A stretch of DNA of 64,000 bases, from assembly GCA_963828255.1 (NCBI GenBank), contig CAWHDZ010000025.1:64001-128000 (forward strand), in the 5' to 3' direction. This DNA comes from an uncultured delta proteobacterium (GTDB lineage Bacteria; Myxococcota; Myxococcia; Myxococcales; Anaeromyxobacteraceae). The notes beneath the pieces are model-generated. The model made no database searches. It was given only the letters and a program-made list of their open reading frames with translations, and was not told the DNA's origin. The position numbers and the translations under genes are program-made. Positions 1-11,809 of this stretch are shown in pieces (position 1 is the first letter of the stretch; each line of letters opens with the position of its first letter).

Positions 1-514
1 GCAGCGCCGAGAGATCCGCCTCCACGCGGTCCGGGTCGGTCTCGCCGCTGAACCCGAGCCGCCGCGCCAGCCGTCCGACGTGGGTGTCCACCGGGAAGGC
101 GTGGCCGGCGCCGAGGTGCACGAGCACCACGCCTGCGGTCTTTCGCCCCACGCCGGGGAGCGCCTCGAGGGCGTCGCGGGTGCGCGGAACCTGGCCGTCG
201 TGGTGCTCGAGGATGGCCCGGGCCGCCGCCACGATGGCCTTCGCCTTGTTGCGGAAGAGCCCCAGCGTGCGGACGTGGGGCCAGAGATCCTCGGGGCGGG
301 CGGCGGCGTAGGCGGCCGCGTCGGGGAAGGCCTCGAAGAGGCCGGGCGTCGCCTGGTTCACCCGGACGTCCCGCGCCTGGGCCGACAGGATCACCGCCAC
401 GAGCAGCTCGAGGTCGGTCCGGAAGTGGAGCTCGATGCGGGCCTCCGGCATGGCCTCCTCGAGCCGGTCGATCACCCGGGCCGCCCGCCCGCTCTCCGTC
501 GTCCGCTTCGCCAC
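1..514 (-). CDS. nth: Endonuclease III (3' end runs off the window)
   Basis: Not in the ORF track. Manual translation from GTG 514: MAKRTT...[18 protein letters not shown]...[13 protein letters not shown]...[15 protein letters not shown] (HhH-GPD motifs). Confidence 0.9.
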   Translation of the reverse strand, partial: MAKRTTESGRAARVIDRLEEAMPEARIELHFRTDLELLVAVILSAQARDVRVNQATPGLFEAFPDAAAYAAARPEDLWPHVRTLGLFRNKAKAIVAAARAILEHHDGQVPRTRDALEALPGVGRKTAGVVLVHLGAGHAFPVDTHVGRLARRLGFSGETDPDRVEADLSAL

Positions 515-552
515 GGGCGCCGATGCTAACATCCGCGCCCCCTGGAGAATCC

Positions 553-1584
<1,032 letters not shown>

Positions 1585-1679
1585 CTTGAACCGGCGTTCA
1601 CCCCTTTGGGACTCGACTTCGCCTCCCCTGCGTGGGAGCCTGACCGGAGATCACCGCCTCCAGGAGGGTCGCGCCCGCG

Positions 1680-2528
1680 ATGCAGATCAACCTGCGCAAG
1701 GCCATGTTCGTGCTGCCCAACCTGTTCACGGTCAGCTCGATCTTCCTCGGCTTCTACTCGATGACGCTGGCTGCGGGGGACGCCACCCCGGAGCAGCTCT
1801 ATCGGGCCGCGCTGGCCATCTTCTTCGCCATCTTCTTCGACATGTTCGACGGCCGGGTGGCCCGGATGACCCGCACCCAGTCCGACTTCGGCGTCCAGCT
1901 CGACAGCCTGGCCGACGTCATCTCCTTCGGCGCCGCCCCGGCGCTGCTGGTCTACAAGTGGGCGCTCGCCCCCATGGGGTTCACGGGGCTCTTCCTCTCC
2001 TTCGCCTTCGCCGCCTGCGGAGCGCTGCGCCTGGCCCGCTTCAACGTGCTGGCCGCCCGCGGCGACAAGGCGTCGCACCGGTTCTTCACCGGTCTCCCCA
2101 TCCCGCTCGCCGCCGGCGCGCTGGTCTCGGTGGTCATCGCCCACTACCGGCACTACCTGGGCCCCACCGAGCCCACGGCGCAGGTCCCCATCGCCGTGGG
2201 AGTGGCGCTCCTCTCCTTCCTCATGGTCTCGACCGTCCGCTACCGGACCTTCAAGGAGACCCGGCTCACCGCGAAGAGCTTCGCCACCTTCGGGTTCGCG
2301 GTCGCCGCCGCGGTGGTCATCGGCATGCTCACGCGGGCCTCGTTCGTCCTGCTCGTCTTCGCCGGGGCCTACATCCTCATGGGACTCGTCGAGTCGATCT
2401 TCTTCAGGCACACCATCGAGAAGTCGGCCCTGCCGCCCGCGGTGCAGCGCGAGATCGAGTCGGACGAGGCGCTCGAGCCGGACGACGACGACCTCGAGGC
2501 GAAGGACGAGGGAGACGAGTACATCTAG
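1680..2528 (+). CDS. pssA: CDP-diacylglycerol--serine O-phosphatidyltransferase
   Basis: CDP-alcohol motif DMFDGRVAR...FGVQLDSLADVISFG; LRLARFN. Confidence 0.92.
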   Translation: MQINLRKAMFVLPNLFTVSSIFLGFYSMTLAAGDATPEQLYRAALAIFFAIFFDMFDGRVARMTRTQSDFGVQLDSLADVISFGAAPALLVYKWALAPMGFTGLFLSFAFAACGALRLARFNVLAARGDKASHRFFTGLPIPLAAGALVSVVIAHYRHYLGPTEPTAQVPIAVGVALLSFLMVSTVRYRTFKETRLTAKSFATFGFAVAAAVVIGMLTRASFVLLVFAGAYILMGLVESIFFRHTIEKSALPPAVQREIESDEALEPDDDDLEAKDEGDEYI

Positions 2529-2531
2529 GCC

Positions 2532-3074
2532 TTGGCCTCGTTCTCGCTGAAGAAGGGTCGGCCCGACGGTCCACCGACGCCCTGGGTGATCCTGGCCTCG
2601 TGGGGGCCGTGCGGCTTCTCGCCGGTGGCCCCCGGCACGGTGGGGACGCTGGGCGCCATCCCGCTCTTCTGGGCGCTGCGGCAGCTGCCGCTCGGGGCCT
2701 ACCTGGCCGCCACCGTCGCCCTCTTCCTCCTGGCCGTGCCCGCCGCCACCCGGGCCGGCAGGTACTGGAAGGCGGCCGACGCCTCGCCCATCGTCATCGA
2801 CGAGGTGGTGGGCTTCCTCGTGGCCATGGCCTTCTTCCCCTGGTCCTGGGGGAACGCCGTCGCCGGATTCGTCCTCTTCCGGCTCTTCGACGTGATGAAG
2901 CCCTGGCCGGCCTCGGCCCTCGACCGGGTGAAGTCCGGGCTGGGCGTGGTGCTCGACGACGTCGCGGCCGGGGCGTACGCCGGGTTCGCGCTGGCCTTCC
3001 TCCAGCTCGGCCTCTCCCTCCTCCTGGGCTGCACCGGTGACATCCACTGGTGGTGCATGGAGCTGACCCCGTGA
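2532..3074 (+). CDS. pgpA: Phosphatidylglycerophosphatase A
   Basis: APGTVGT, IVIDEVVG, FRLFDVMKPWP, GVVLDDVAAG. Confidence 0.92.
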   Translation: MASFSLKKGRPDGPPTPWVILASWGPCGFSPVAPGTVGTLGAIPLFWALRQLPLGAYLAATVALFLLAVPAATRAGRYWKAADASPIVIDEVVGFLVAMAFFPWSWGNAVAGFVLFRLFDVMKPWPASALDRVKSGLGVVLDDVAAGAYAGFALAFLQLGLSLLLGCTGDIHWWCMELTP

Positions 3075-4325
3075 CCGACCCGTCCGCCTCTCCCCTGCAC
3101 GTCGAGCTGCTCGCCACCGGCGACGAGCTCCTGACCGGCCAGATCCTCGACACCAACTCGGTCTGGCTCATGGATCGGCTCTGGGACCTGGGGGTCATGG
3201 CGCGCCGCAAGACGCTGGTCGCCGACGACCGGGACGACCTCGCCGCGGCGCTCCACGAGACCACCTCCCGCTCCGACCTGGTGGTGATGAGCGGCGGCCT
3301 CGGCCCCACCGAGGACGACCTCACCGCCGAGGTGGTGGCGGCCGCGATGGGGGTCCCGCTCGAGCTGCACGAGCCCTCGCTCGAGGCCATCCGGGAGAGG
3401 TTCCGGAAGCTCGGGCGGGAGATGACCCCGAACAACGCCAAGCAGGCCCGCTTCCCCCAGGGCGCCACCGTGATCCCCAACCGCTTCGGCACGGCGCCGG
3501 GCTTCCTGGTGCGGCTGGGGCGGGGCGAGCTGGTGGCCCTGCCCGGCGTCCCGGTGGAGTACCGGGGGCTCTCCGAGGAGTTCGTCCTCCCGCGCCTCGC
3601 CGCCCGCACGGGCTCCACCCCCGCCTTCCGGCTGGTGAAGCTCTTCGCGGTGCCGGAGTCGCACGCCGACCAGGCCATGCGCCCGGTCATGGACGACCCG
3701 GGGAACCGTGGCGTCCGCTTCGGCTACCGGGCCCACTGGCCGGAGATCCACGTGAAGTGGTCCGTGTGGGGCGACCCCGCCGAATCCCACGCCGACCGCA
3801 TCCTCGCCCAGGTCCGCTCCATCTTCGGCGACGCCATCTTCGCCGAGGGCAAGGACGAGCTCGCCCCCCTCGTCGTCGCCCAGCTCACCCGGCGCGGCGA
3901 GCGGGTGGCGCTGGCCGAGAGCTGCACCGGCGGGCTCGTGGCCGAGCTCCTCACCCGGGCTCCCGGGCTCCTCCGCCGTCTTCGACCTCGGCGTGGTCGC
4001 CTACGCGAACCAGGCCAAGACCGGCGTGGTCGGCGTACCGGACGATCTGCTGGCCACCCACGGCGCGGTCTCCGGGCCGGTGGCGCGGGCGCTCGCCGAG
4101 GGGATCCGCCGCGCCGCCGGCTCCACCTGGGGCATTGGCATCACCGGGATCGCCGGGCCCACGGGCGGCACGCCGGAGAAGCCCCTGGGCACGGTGTACG
4201 TCGCGCTCGCCGGAACGTCCGGCACCGAGGTGGTGCACCGGGTCTGGCGTGGTGATCGGGACCGGGTCCGCAAGACCACGGCATACGAGGCGCTCGACAT
4301 GCTGCGGCGCGCGACGCGCGGGTAG
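3071..4325 (+). CDS. cinA: CinA family protein (MoCF-like domain plus NMN deamidase), frameshifted near 3960
   Basis: TGDELLTGQILDTNS, GGLGPTEDDLT and AESCTGGL in one frame; VVAYAN...GITGIAGPTGG in another. Removing one base near 3960 restores LTRVPGSSAVF. Confidence 0.88.
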
Positions 4326-4330
4326 CGCCC

Positions 4331-4774
4331 TCAGGCCACCGGCCTGCAGAAGAGGCCGGTGAAGCGCTCCCAGGAGACGAAGCCCCCGCCGCTCTCCATG
4401 AGGTACCCGTGCAGGGCCGCGCCGGCTTGGCCCATCTCCTCCTCCGGCCGGGGGGCCCAGCGCGCGGAGAGACCGGACGTGGTGATCACCCGCGTCACCG
4501 TGGCCCGCAGGCTGCCGGCCCGGGGGTCGAGCGCCGGTCCGTGGTCGATGACGAAGCCGATGAGCTTGCCGATCTGCTCCCGCGCCGCCACGCGCCCCAC
4601 CGCTCCCCCGGCCACGAGCAGGTCGTTCACCTGATCGGGGTCGGCGTCGCGGACCGCGAGCCAGGTGAGCTGCGACTCGGGCACGAGCCCGGCCTTCGAG
4701 AGCAGGGCGCGGCAGCGCACCTCGTCCTCGGGGGCCGGGCAGCGGATGCGGACGATGGGTTCGGGGGTCTCCAC
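4331..4774 (-). CDS. Hypothetical protein
   Basis: C-terminal part of ORF 4331..5395 from GTG 4774; globular composition and GC-rich third codon positions. Confidence 0.6.
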   Translation of the reverse strand: METPEPIVRIRCPAPEDEVRCRALLSKAGLVPESQLTWLAVRDADPDQVNDLLVAGGAVGRVAAREQIGKLIGFVIDHGPALDPRAGSLRATVTRVITTSGLSARWAPRPEEEMGQAGAALHGYLMESGGGFVSWERFTGLFCRPVA

Positions 4775-4828
4775 GCCGCTCCACCTATCCCACCGCGCGC
4801 CGCCCCGCAACGGCGCTATGTTCCGGAC

Positions 4829-5290
4829 GTGACCGCTCCGCCCGCCACGACCTCCGGCCTGTCCATCGACGACGAGGGGCGCTTCCTCGTGCACGGGGAG
4901 CCGGTCACCCACGAGCGGACGCTGGACGTGCTCTGGCGCGGCCTCGCCCCTGGACCGGACGGCGGCTGGCTGGTGCGCATCGGCCGGGAGAGCGCCCCCG
5001 TCTCCGTACCCGGCACCCCGTTCGTGGTCGTGGCCGTCTCGGAGGAGGCCGAGGGCCGGGTGGCCCTCTCCCTCTCCCTCGCCGGCGGCGCCCGTGAGCC
5101 GCTGCTCCCCGGCACCCTGCGGGTGGGGAAGGACGGCGTGCTGCGCGCCACGCTCTCCTCGGGGCACGCCGCGCGCTTCTCCCGCTCGGCGCAGATCGCG
5201 CTGGGGATGCGGCTCGCCGAGGACGCTTCCGCGCCGGGCGGCTTCCACCTCCCCCTCGGCGGGAAGGTCTGGCCGCTCGGCGCGGAGTGA
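4829..5290 (+). CDS. DUF1285-like hypothetical protein
   Basis: LSIDDEGRFLVHGEPVTHER...ARFSRSAQ resembles DUF1285; GTG start at 4829. Confidence 0.6.
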   Translation: MTAPPATTSGLSIDDEGRFLVHGEPVTHERTLDVLWRGLAPGPDGGWLVRIGRESAPVSVPGTPFVVVAVSEEAEGRVALSLSLAGGAREPLLPGTLRVGKDGVLRATLSSGHAARFSRSAQIALGMRLAEDASAPGGFHLPLGGKVWPLGAE

Positions 5291-5298
5291 CGCCGCCC

Positions 5299-6321
5299 CT
5301 ACGACGCCACGGCCACCTCGGCGGGCGGAGCGGAGTGGCCAGACGCGATCCGGGCCACGAGCGAGTCGAGCGCGGCGGGGTGCTCCCGCAGCCACTCGGA
5401 GGCCTTCTCCCTCCCCTGCCCGATGCGCTCGCCGTCGAGGGAGAAGTGGGCCCCCGACTTCTCGACGATGTTGCGCTCCACCCCGAGGTCGAGCGCCTCG
5501 GCCAGCCGGTCCACCCCCACGCCGTAGCGGACGTCGAACTCGGCCTCCCGGAACGGCGGGGCGACCTTGTTCTTCACCACCTTCACCCGGGTGCGGCTGC
5601 CCACCACCTGCTCCCCGTCCTTGAGCTGCCCGATGCGCCGGATGTCGAGCCGCACCGACGAGTAGAACTTGAGCGCCTGGCCTCCGGTGGTGGTCTCGGG
5701 GTTGCCGAAGACCACGCCGATCTTCATGCGGATCTGGTTGATGAAGACCACGGTGGAGAGGTTGCGCGAGACCACCGAGGTGAGCTTGCGCATGGCCTGG
5801 CTCATGAGCCGGGCCTGCAACCCCATCTGCGGATCTCCCATGTCCCCCTCGATCTCCGCCTTGGGGACCAGCGCCGCCACGCTGTCCACCACCAGGATGT
5901 CGCAGGCGCCGCTGCGCACCAGCTGCTCTGCGATCTCCAGCGCCTGCTCGCCGGTGTCGGGCTGCGAGACCAGGAGCTCCGCCACGTTCACCCCGAGCTT
6001 GCGGGCGTAGTTGATGTCGAGGGCGTGCTCGGCGTCGATGAAGGCCGCCACCCCGCCGGCCTTCTGGGCCTCGGCGATGGCGTGGAGGGCCAGCGTGGTC
6101 TTGCCCGACGACTCGGGTCCGAAGATCTCGATGACCCGGCCGCGCGGATAGCCCCCCACGCCCAGCGCCAGGTCGAGGCCGATGGACCCGGAGGGAATGA
6201 CCGGCACCGGCGGCGCCTCCCCGTCCTCCCCGAGCTTCATGATGCTGCCCTTGCCGAACTGCTTCTCGATCGCGAGCACCGCCTGTGCGAGCGCCTTCAG
6301 CTTCTCCGTGACCTTGCTCAT
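5299..6321 (-). CDS. recA: Recombinase RecA
   Basis: [61 protein letters not shown]. Confidence 0.98.
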   Translation of the reverse strand: MSKVTEKLKALAQAVLAIEKQFGKGSIMKLGEDGEAPPVPVIPSGSIGLDLALGVGGYPRGRVIEIFGPESSGKTTLALHAIAEAQKAGGVAAFIDAEHALDINYARKLGVNVAELLVSQPDTGEQALEIAEQLVRSGACDILVVDSVAALVPKAEIEGDMGDPQMGLQARLMSQAMRKLTSVVSRNLSTVVFINQIRMKIGVVFGNPETTTGGQALKFYSSVRLDIRRIGQLKDGEQVVGSRTRVKVVKNKVAPPFREAEFDVRYGVGVDRLAEALDLGVERNIVEKSGAHFSLDGERIGQGREKASEWLREHPAALDSLVARIASGHSAPPAEVAVAS

Positions 6322-7844
6322 CCTGCCTCCCTTGCCTCCGTTGACGCCGGACGATCGAGGGCGCGGTACTGAACGGCCTCCAGCAGGTGGCGCGACTCCA
6401 CGCGCGCCGCGCCCTCGAGGTCGGCGATGGTTCGCGCCACCCTGAGGATTCGATCGTGTGCCCGGGCCGAGAGAACGAGCCGCCGGGCGGCCTGGGTGAG
6501 GACCTCCCGCGCCGGCGGTTCGAGCCCGCAGGCCCGCCGCAGCGCCCCGCCCCGCAGCCGGGCGTTCTGGAAGCCGCGCTCCGCCTGGCGGCCCCGGGCC
6601 GCGAAGACCCGCACCGCCACCTCGGCCGTTCCCTCCCCCTGCCCGGCCCGCGAGAGCTCCTCGCAGGGGACGGCGGGGATCTCCACGTGCATGTCGATGC
6701 GGTCCATGATGGGTCCGGAGACGCGGCGCCGGTAGCGGAGCAGCTGGTCGTCGCCGCACAGGCAGGCCCGGCGCGGGTCGCCGAGGAAGCCGCACGGGCA
6801 GGGGTTCATGGCCGCCACCAGCTGGAAGTCGGCCGGGTAGTGGACCGTGCGTCCGGACCGCGAGAGCACGACGTCCCCCTCCTCGAGCGGCTGGCGCAGG
6901 GACTCGAGTACGTGGCGCCGGAACTCGGGCAGCTCGTCGAGGAAGAGGACACCGCGGTGGGCCAGCGAAACCTCCCCCGGGCGTGGCGTCGCCGAACCGC
7001 CCACCAGCCCGGCGTCGGAGATGGAGTGGTGCGGCGCGCGGAAGGGGCGCTCGGTGAGGAGGCCGCGGTCGCGCAGCAGCCCGGCGACGCTGTGGACGGT
7101 GGTGGCCTCCAGCGCCTCGTCGCGACCGAGCGGGGGCAGGAGCCCGGGCAGCCTCCGCGCCAGCATGGTCTTGCCGCTCCCGGGAGGCCCGAAGAGGAGC
7201 AGGTTGTGGTCGCCGGCGGCGGCGATCTCCAGCGCCCGCTTGGCGGCGGCCTGGCCGGCCACGTCCCGGAGATCGAGCGCCCCGCCCGGCAGCTCGAGCT
7301 GCCGCTGCGCGCCGGGGAGGGCGCCGAGCTCCCGCTTCCCCTCCGCCCAGGCCACGAGCTCCCCCAGGTGGCGCACCGGAAGGACGGCGAGCCCCTCCAC
7401 CGCCGCGGCCTCGAGCGCGTTCCCCGCGGGCGTGAGGAAGCCCCGCGCCCGGTCGCGCAGCGCCGCCACCGCCATGGGCAGCACCCCTCGCACCGGCCGC
7501 ACCTCCCCGGAGAGGGAGAGCTCGCCGCAGAGGTGGAGCCCCGCGAGCGGGCGCGGGGGGACGAGGCCGCAGGCGGCGAGAAGCGCCACCGCGATGGGCA
7601 GGTCGAACCCGGTTCCCTCCTTGCGGAGGTCGGCCGGGGCCAGGTTCACGGTGATGCGCTTCGAGGGGAGCCGGAAACCCAGGTTGCGGACCGCCGCGCC
7701 CACCCGGACGAGCGACTCCTGCACGGCGCTACCGGCGAGCCCGACCAGCTGGGTGCGCGGGAATCCGGAGGTGGCGTCCACCTCGACGTCCACCGGGAGG
7801 GCGGTGACGCCGAGGAGGGCCGAGGAACGGACGCGGACGAACAT
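6318..7844 (-). CDS. comM: YifB/ComM family Mg-chelatase-like AAA ATPase
   Basis: [46 protein letters not shown]. Confidence 0.93.
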   Translation of the reverse strand: MFVRVRSSALLGVTALPVDVEVDATSGFPRTQLVGLAGSAVQESLVRVGAAVRNLGFRLPSKRITVNLAPADLRKEGTGFDLPIAVALLAACGLVPPRPLAGLHLCGELSLSGEVRPVRGVLPMAVAALRDRARGFLTPAGNALEAAAVEGLAVLPVRHLGELVAWAEGKRELGALPGAQRQLELPGGALDLRDVAGQAAAKRALEIAAAGDHNLLLFGPPGSGKTMLARRLPGLLPPLGRDEALEATTVHSVAGLLRDRGLLTERPFRAPHHSISDAGLVGGSATPRPGEVSLAHRGVLFLDELPEFRRHVLESLRQPLEEGDVVLSRSGRTVHYPADFQLVAAMNPCPCGFLGDPRRACLCGDDQLLRYRRRVSGPIMDRIDMHVEIPAVPCEELSRAGQGEGTAEVAVRVFAARGRQAERGFQNARLRGGALRRACGLEPPAREVLTQAARRLVLSARAHDRILRVARTIADLEGAARVESRHLLEAVQYRALDRPASTEAREAG

Positions 7845-7858
7845 CGGCCGCGGAGACG

Positions 7859-7874
7859 AGCAGGGCTCGTGCCG
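7859..7874 (-). promoter_or_regulatory. Candidate sigma-54 (-24/-12) promoter upstream of comM-recA
   Basis: Minus strand reads CGGCACGAGCCCTGCT, with GG-N10-GC spacing. Confidence 0.35.
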
Positions 7875-7949
7875 CGGCCGGAGGGCGTCGGGACTGGGCG
7901 CGGAGCGGGAAGGCGACCGCCGGACGGACCGGGGCGCCTCCCGCCCGGA

Positions 7950-9608
7950 CTACTTGGCCTTCTTCAGGCGGTCGGCGGCGTCGGCCTGGTAGGACCTGGC
8001 CACCGGGTCGGTGACTCCCTTCAGCGCCACCAGCGCCTGCAGCGTCTTCTTGACGTCGGCCGTCTTCTTGGAGTCGGCCTGCATCTTGGCCGCCGAGTAG
8101 AGGATGCGGGCGGTGATGTTGGGGTCCTCCCCGGCGCACCCCGGGTCGTTGGCGAACTTCACGTAGACGTTCGCCGCATCGACCGGCTTCTTCGTCTCCT
8201 GGAGCGCCACGCCGAGGTTCTGCATGGCGAGGCACCGCTGCGGCGCCTCCGGCCAGCGGTTCAGGTACTCCTGGTTGTACTTGGCCGAGGCGGCGTATTC
8301 GCGGGACGCGGCCAGGTTGGCGCCGAGCAGGAGCAGGGTCTGCTGGATGACCTTGGCGTCCGGGTAGTCCCGGACGAGCCTCTCGCGGACGGCGACGGCC
8401 TGCTTCTTGTCCCCCGCCTTGTCGTGGGCGATGGCGGCGTTGAAGAGCGCGCTGGGCGCGTCGGGACTGGTCCGGTTCCCGGCGGCGAACTTCTCGTAGA
8501 GGCCGGCCGATTGCCTGTACATCTCGGCCGATCCGGGCACGCCCGCCTTCGCCATGGCGTCCGCCTTGCCCATCAGGAGCCCGGCCTGGTTGTAGTCGCT
8601 GCCCGTCGAACCTTCCTTGAGCTCCGTGGCGAGCTTGGCGAGCGCGGCCGCGGACTTCTTCTGCTCCTCGCCGGCTCCCGGCGCGGCGGCGTCATCGCCC
8701 GCCTTCTTCGCAGCGGCAGCCAGGACCGGCTCGAGCCTCGCGGCGGCGGCCTCGAGACCCTTCGGGTCCTTCAGGATCCGGAAGGTGTCGAGATAGTAGG
8801 GAACGGCCGTCTCGAGCAGGTCGCCCCTCGAGGGGTGCATGTCGATCACCTTGCCGAAGCGCCTCTGCGCGTCCTCGATGTTGTCGTAGCCGAACTCGAC
8901 CTGCGCGGCGATGAGCTGCAGCTGCCCGAGGTCGGTGCCGCCCTGGACCTTGCGCTCCTCCGCGGTGAGCTTGCTCGTCGGGTCGGCGTCGCGGTTCGCC
9001 TCGTAGATGTCGGCGCTCTCCACGAACAGCTTCCAGGGCCGGTCGAGGGGGCGCGGCACGGGTGCGGCGCCGCCGCGGGCGGTGGAGGGCTGGAGCTTCA
9101 GCTGAGGGATCTTGCCCGAGCGCATCTCCTGGATGGCGAGCATCTGCCAGGCCCCGGAGGCGTACCGCGCACCGATGGCCTTGGTGACCCCGGTGGCCTT
9201 GGGATCGACCATCATGCGCTGCGCGGCCTCCGCGGCGAGCTCCCACTCCTTCGCCCCCAGGTAGCGCGCCGCAGCCATGCGCAGGAAGACGATGCGCAGG
9301 CGGTGGCTCGGGTACTTGCCCACGAAGCTGACCAGGTTGTCCGCGCCGATCCTGTCCTCGGCGGCGGCCGCATCGAGCTTGCCGGAGAGCCGGTCTCGCA
9401 TGGCCCGGTCGAGGTGAATGTACACGTCCTTCAGGAGCGCGAGTTCGGTGGCGTCTGCCTGGATCTTGCTGTCCTGGGCCTCCTCCGGCGACGAGGGCTC
9501 GCGGTGGTCGGCCTGGGCGAAGATCAGGCTCTGGTCCTGGGCGGGCGCGACCGCGGGCGCGAGGGCTGCGGCGATCGCGAGGGAGGCGACGACGGCACGG
9601 ACATTCAT
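7950..9608 (-). CDS. Secreted TPR-repeat protein
   Basis: Signal peptide MNVRAVVASLAIAAALAPAVAPAQ; TPR-like helices such as APSALFNAA and YLNRWPEAP. Confidence 0.75.
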   Translation of the reverse strand: MNVRAVVASLAIAAALAPAVAPAQDQSLIFAQADHREPSSPEEAQDSKIQADATELALLKDVYIHLDRAMRDRLSGKLDAAAAEDRIGADNLVSFVGKYPSHRLRIVFLRMAAARYLGAKEWELAAEAAQRMMVDPKATGVTKAIGARYASGAWQMLAIQEMRSGKIPQLKLQPSTARGGAAPVPRPLDRPWKLFVESADIYEANRDADPTSKLTAEERKVQGGTDLGQLQLIAAQVEFGYDNIEDAQRRFGKVIDMHPSRGDLLETAVPYYLDTFRILKDPKGLEAAAARLEPVLAAAAKKAGDDAAAPGAGEEQKKSAAALAKLATELKEGSTGSDYNQAGLLMGKADAMAKAGVPGSAEMYRQSAGLYEKFAAGNRTSPDAPSALFNAAIAHDKAGDKKQAVAVRERLVRDYPDAKVIQQTLLLLGANLAASREYAASAKYNQEYLNRWPEAPQRCLAMQNLGVALQETKKPVDAANVYVKFANDPGCAGEDPNITARILYSAAKMQADSKKTADVKKTLQALVALKGVTDPVARSYQADAADRLKKAK

Positions 9609-9695
9609 GTGGGTCCCCTTTTCTGGCGGAGCGGTCGTACATCCAGACGCGCCGGAGGGCAAGTGCTTCAAGGCCCTTCCGGGACGTGCAGGGCG

Positions 9696-10283
<588 letters not shown>

Positions 10284-10286
10284 GTC

Positions 10287-10766
10287 CTAGGCGCTGAAGA
10301 GGTTGTCGATGTCGTCGTCGGTGATCTCGGCGAGCGGGCTGCGCACGCCGGGGGTGGCCTGGCGTCGCGAGAGCTGCTCGAAGACCCGGGCCAGCTCCTC
10401 GCTGGCCTTCTTGACCCGGAGCCGGACGAGGCCGAGCGAGCTGCGGGCGTCGAAGATCACCACCAGCACCACCTTGCCGGCCACGATGGACATGTGGAGC
10501 GACTCGCGCTCCCCCTCGTGGAACTGGCTGGGGAACTCGTTCTCCCCGATGAGCTTGGCGAGCCCGCCCATGGCGGCGACGTTGCCGGCGGTGAGCGAGG
10601 CGAGCGAGGTGGTGTCGAGGTCCTGGGAGGCCCCGGTGGCGGCGATGAGCTGGCCGTTCTTGTCCACGAGGAAGACGACCTTCGCACCCGCGTCCCGCGT
10701 GAGGCGGTCGCAGATGCCGGAGATCTTCCGGAACTCCTCCTCGTACATCACCAGGCCCGGACTCAT
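10287..10766 (-). CDS. mglB: Roadblock/LC7 GTPase-activating protein MglB
   Basis: LVDKNGQLIA, SLASLTAGNVAA, EITDDDIDNLF; adjacent to mglA. Confidence 0.96.
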   Translation of the reverse strand: MSPGLVMYEEEFRKISGICDRLTRDAGAKVVFLVDKNGQLIAATGASQDLDTTSLASLTAGNVAAMGGLAKLIGENEFPSQFHEGERESLHMSIVAGKVVLVVIFDARSSLGLVRLRVKKASEELARVFEQLSRRQATPGVRSPLAEITDDDIDNLFSA

Positions 10767-10802
10767 TTCCCTCTCCGACGCGTCGAAAGACCGTATCCAC
10801 CG

Positions 10803-10831
10803 GCGATAGCAGGGATTCCCTGCCCGATCAA
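10803..10831 (-). promoter_or_regulatory. Candidate sigma-70 promoter of mglBA with a palindromic spacer
   Basis: TTGATC-N17-TATCGC; the spacer contains GCAGGGA-N-TCCCTGC (10809-10823). Confidence 0.4.
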
Positions 10832-10872
10832 TGGCGCGGTCCGATATCGGAGCCCGCGACGGGCGCGCGTCC

Positions 10873-11469
10873 TCACAGCTCGCGCCGCCCCGACATGGCG
10901 CGGGCCAGGGTGACCTGGTCGGCGTACTCGAGGTCGCCGCCCATCGGGACCCCCTGGGCGATGCGGCTCACCTTCATCCCCATGGGCTTGAGGAGGCGGG
11001 CCAGGTAGAGCGCGGTGGCCTCGCCCTCCACGTCGGGGTTGGTGGCGATGACGATCTCGTCGACCGGGTTGGTCTCGAGCCGCACCAGCAGCTCGCGGAT
11101 CTTGAGGTCGGACGGCCCTACCCCGTCGAGGGGAGAGAGGGCGCCGTGCAGCACGTGGTAGCGCCCGCGGTACTCGTGGGTGCGCTCGATGGCCACCAGG
11201 TCGGGGACCCCCTCCACGACGCAGAGCAGCCGCGGATCGCGCCGCCCGTCGGAGCAGATGGCGCAGGGATCCTTGTCGGTGAGGGTCTGGCAGCTCGTGC
11301 AGCAACGCACGTCGCGCACCACGCCGGTCACCGCCGCGGCCAGGGCCTCGGCGTAGGCCGGCCCGGCCGCGAGCACGTGGAAGGCCAGCCGCTGGGCGGT
11401 CTTCTCGCCGATGCCCGGCAGGCGCGCCAGCTCCTTCACCAGGCGCGCGATGGGATCGGCGACGGCCAC
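10873..11469 (-). CDS. recR: Recombination mediator RecR
   Basis: LPGIGEKTAQRLA, C4 zinc finger, Toprim ATNPDVEGEATA. Confidence 0.96.
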   Translation of the reverse strand: MAVADPIARLVKELARLPGIGEKTAQRLAFHVLAAGPAYAEALAAAVTGVVRDVRCCTSCQTLTDKDPCAICSDGRRDPRLLCVVEGVPDLVAIERTHEYRGRYHVLHGALSPLDGVGPSDLKIRELLVRLETNPVDEIVIATNPDVEGEATALYLARLLKPMGMKVSRIAQGVPMGGDLEYADQVTLARAMSGRREL

Positions 11470-11473
11470 CGTC

Positions 11474-11785
11474 CTAGACTCCCAGTCCGGGGATGCGCAG
11501 GCCGCCGGTGGCCTTCTCCATGGTCTCGTCGGCGAGCTTGCGGGCCTTCTCGAGCGCGGCGTTGGCGGCGGCCGCCACCAGGTCCTCGAGCATCTCCTTG
11601 CCGGCCGGATCGATGGCCTTGGGGTCGATGGTGACGCGACGGATCTCGAAGCGCCCGTTCATCTTCACCTGCACCAGGCCGCCTCCCGCCTCGGCGTCCA
11701 CCTCGAGCTCGCCGAGCTGCTCCTTGGCGTGCTCGACCGCCTTCTCGATCTTCTTCGCCTGCCGCATCAGGAACTGGATGTCCAT
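11474..11785 (-). CDS. ybaB: YbaB/EbfC nucleoid-associated protein
   Basis: [22 protein letters not shown]; lies between dnaX and recR. Confidence 0.94.
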   Translation of the reverse strand: MDIQFLMRQAKKIEKAVEHAKEQLGELEVDAEAGGGLVQVKMNGRFEIRRVTIDPKAIDPAGKEMLEDLVAAAANAALEKARKLADETMEKATGGLRIPGLGV

Positions 11786-11809
11786 GTCTGCTCCCGGGCC
11801 GAGGAGGCC

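Noticed and set aside
6368..6384. Myxobacterial LexA box upstream of recA (CTGGAGGCCGTTCAG on the minus strand)
   Set aside because: The spacing is one base short of the consensus as I recall it, and the site lies within comM coding sequence.
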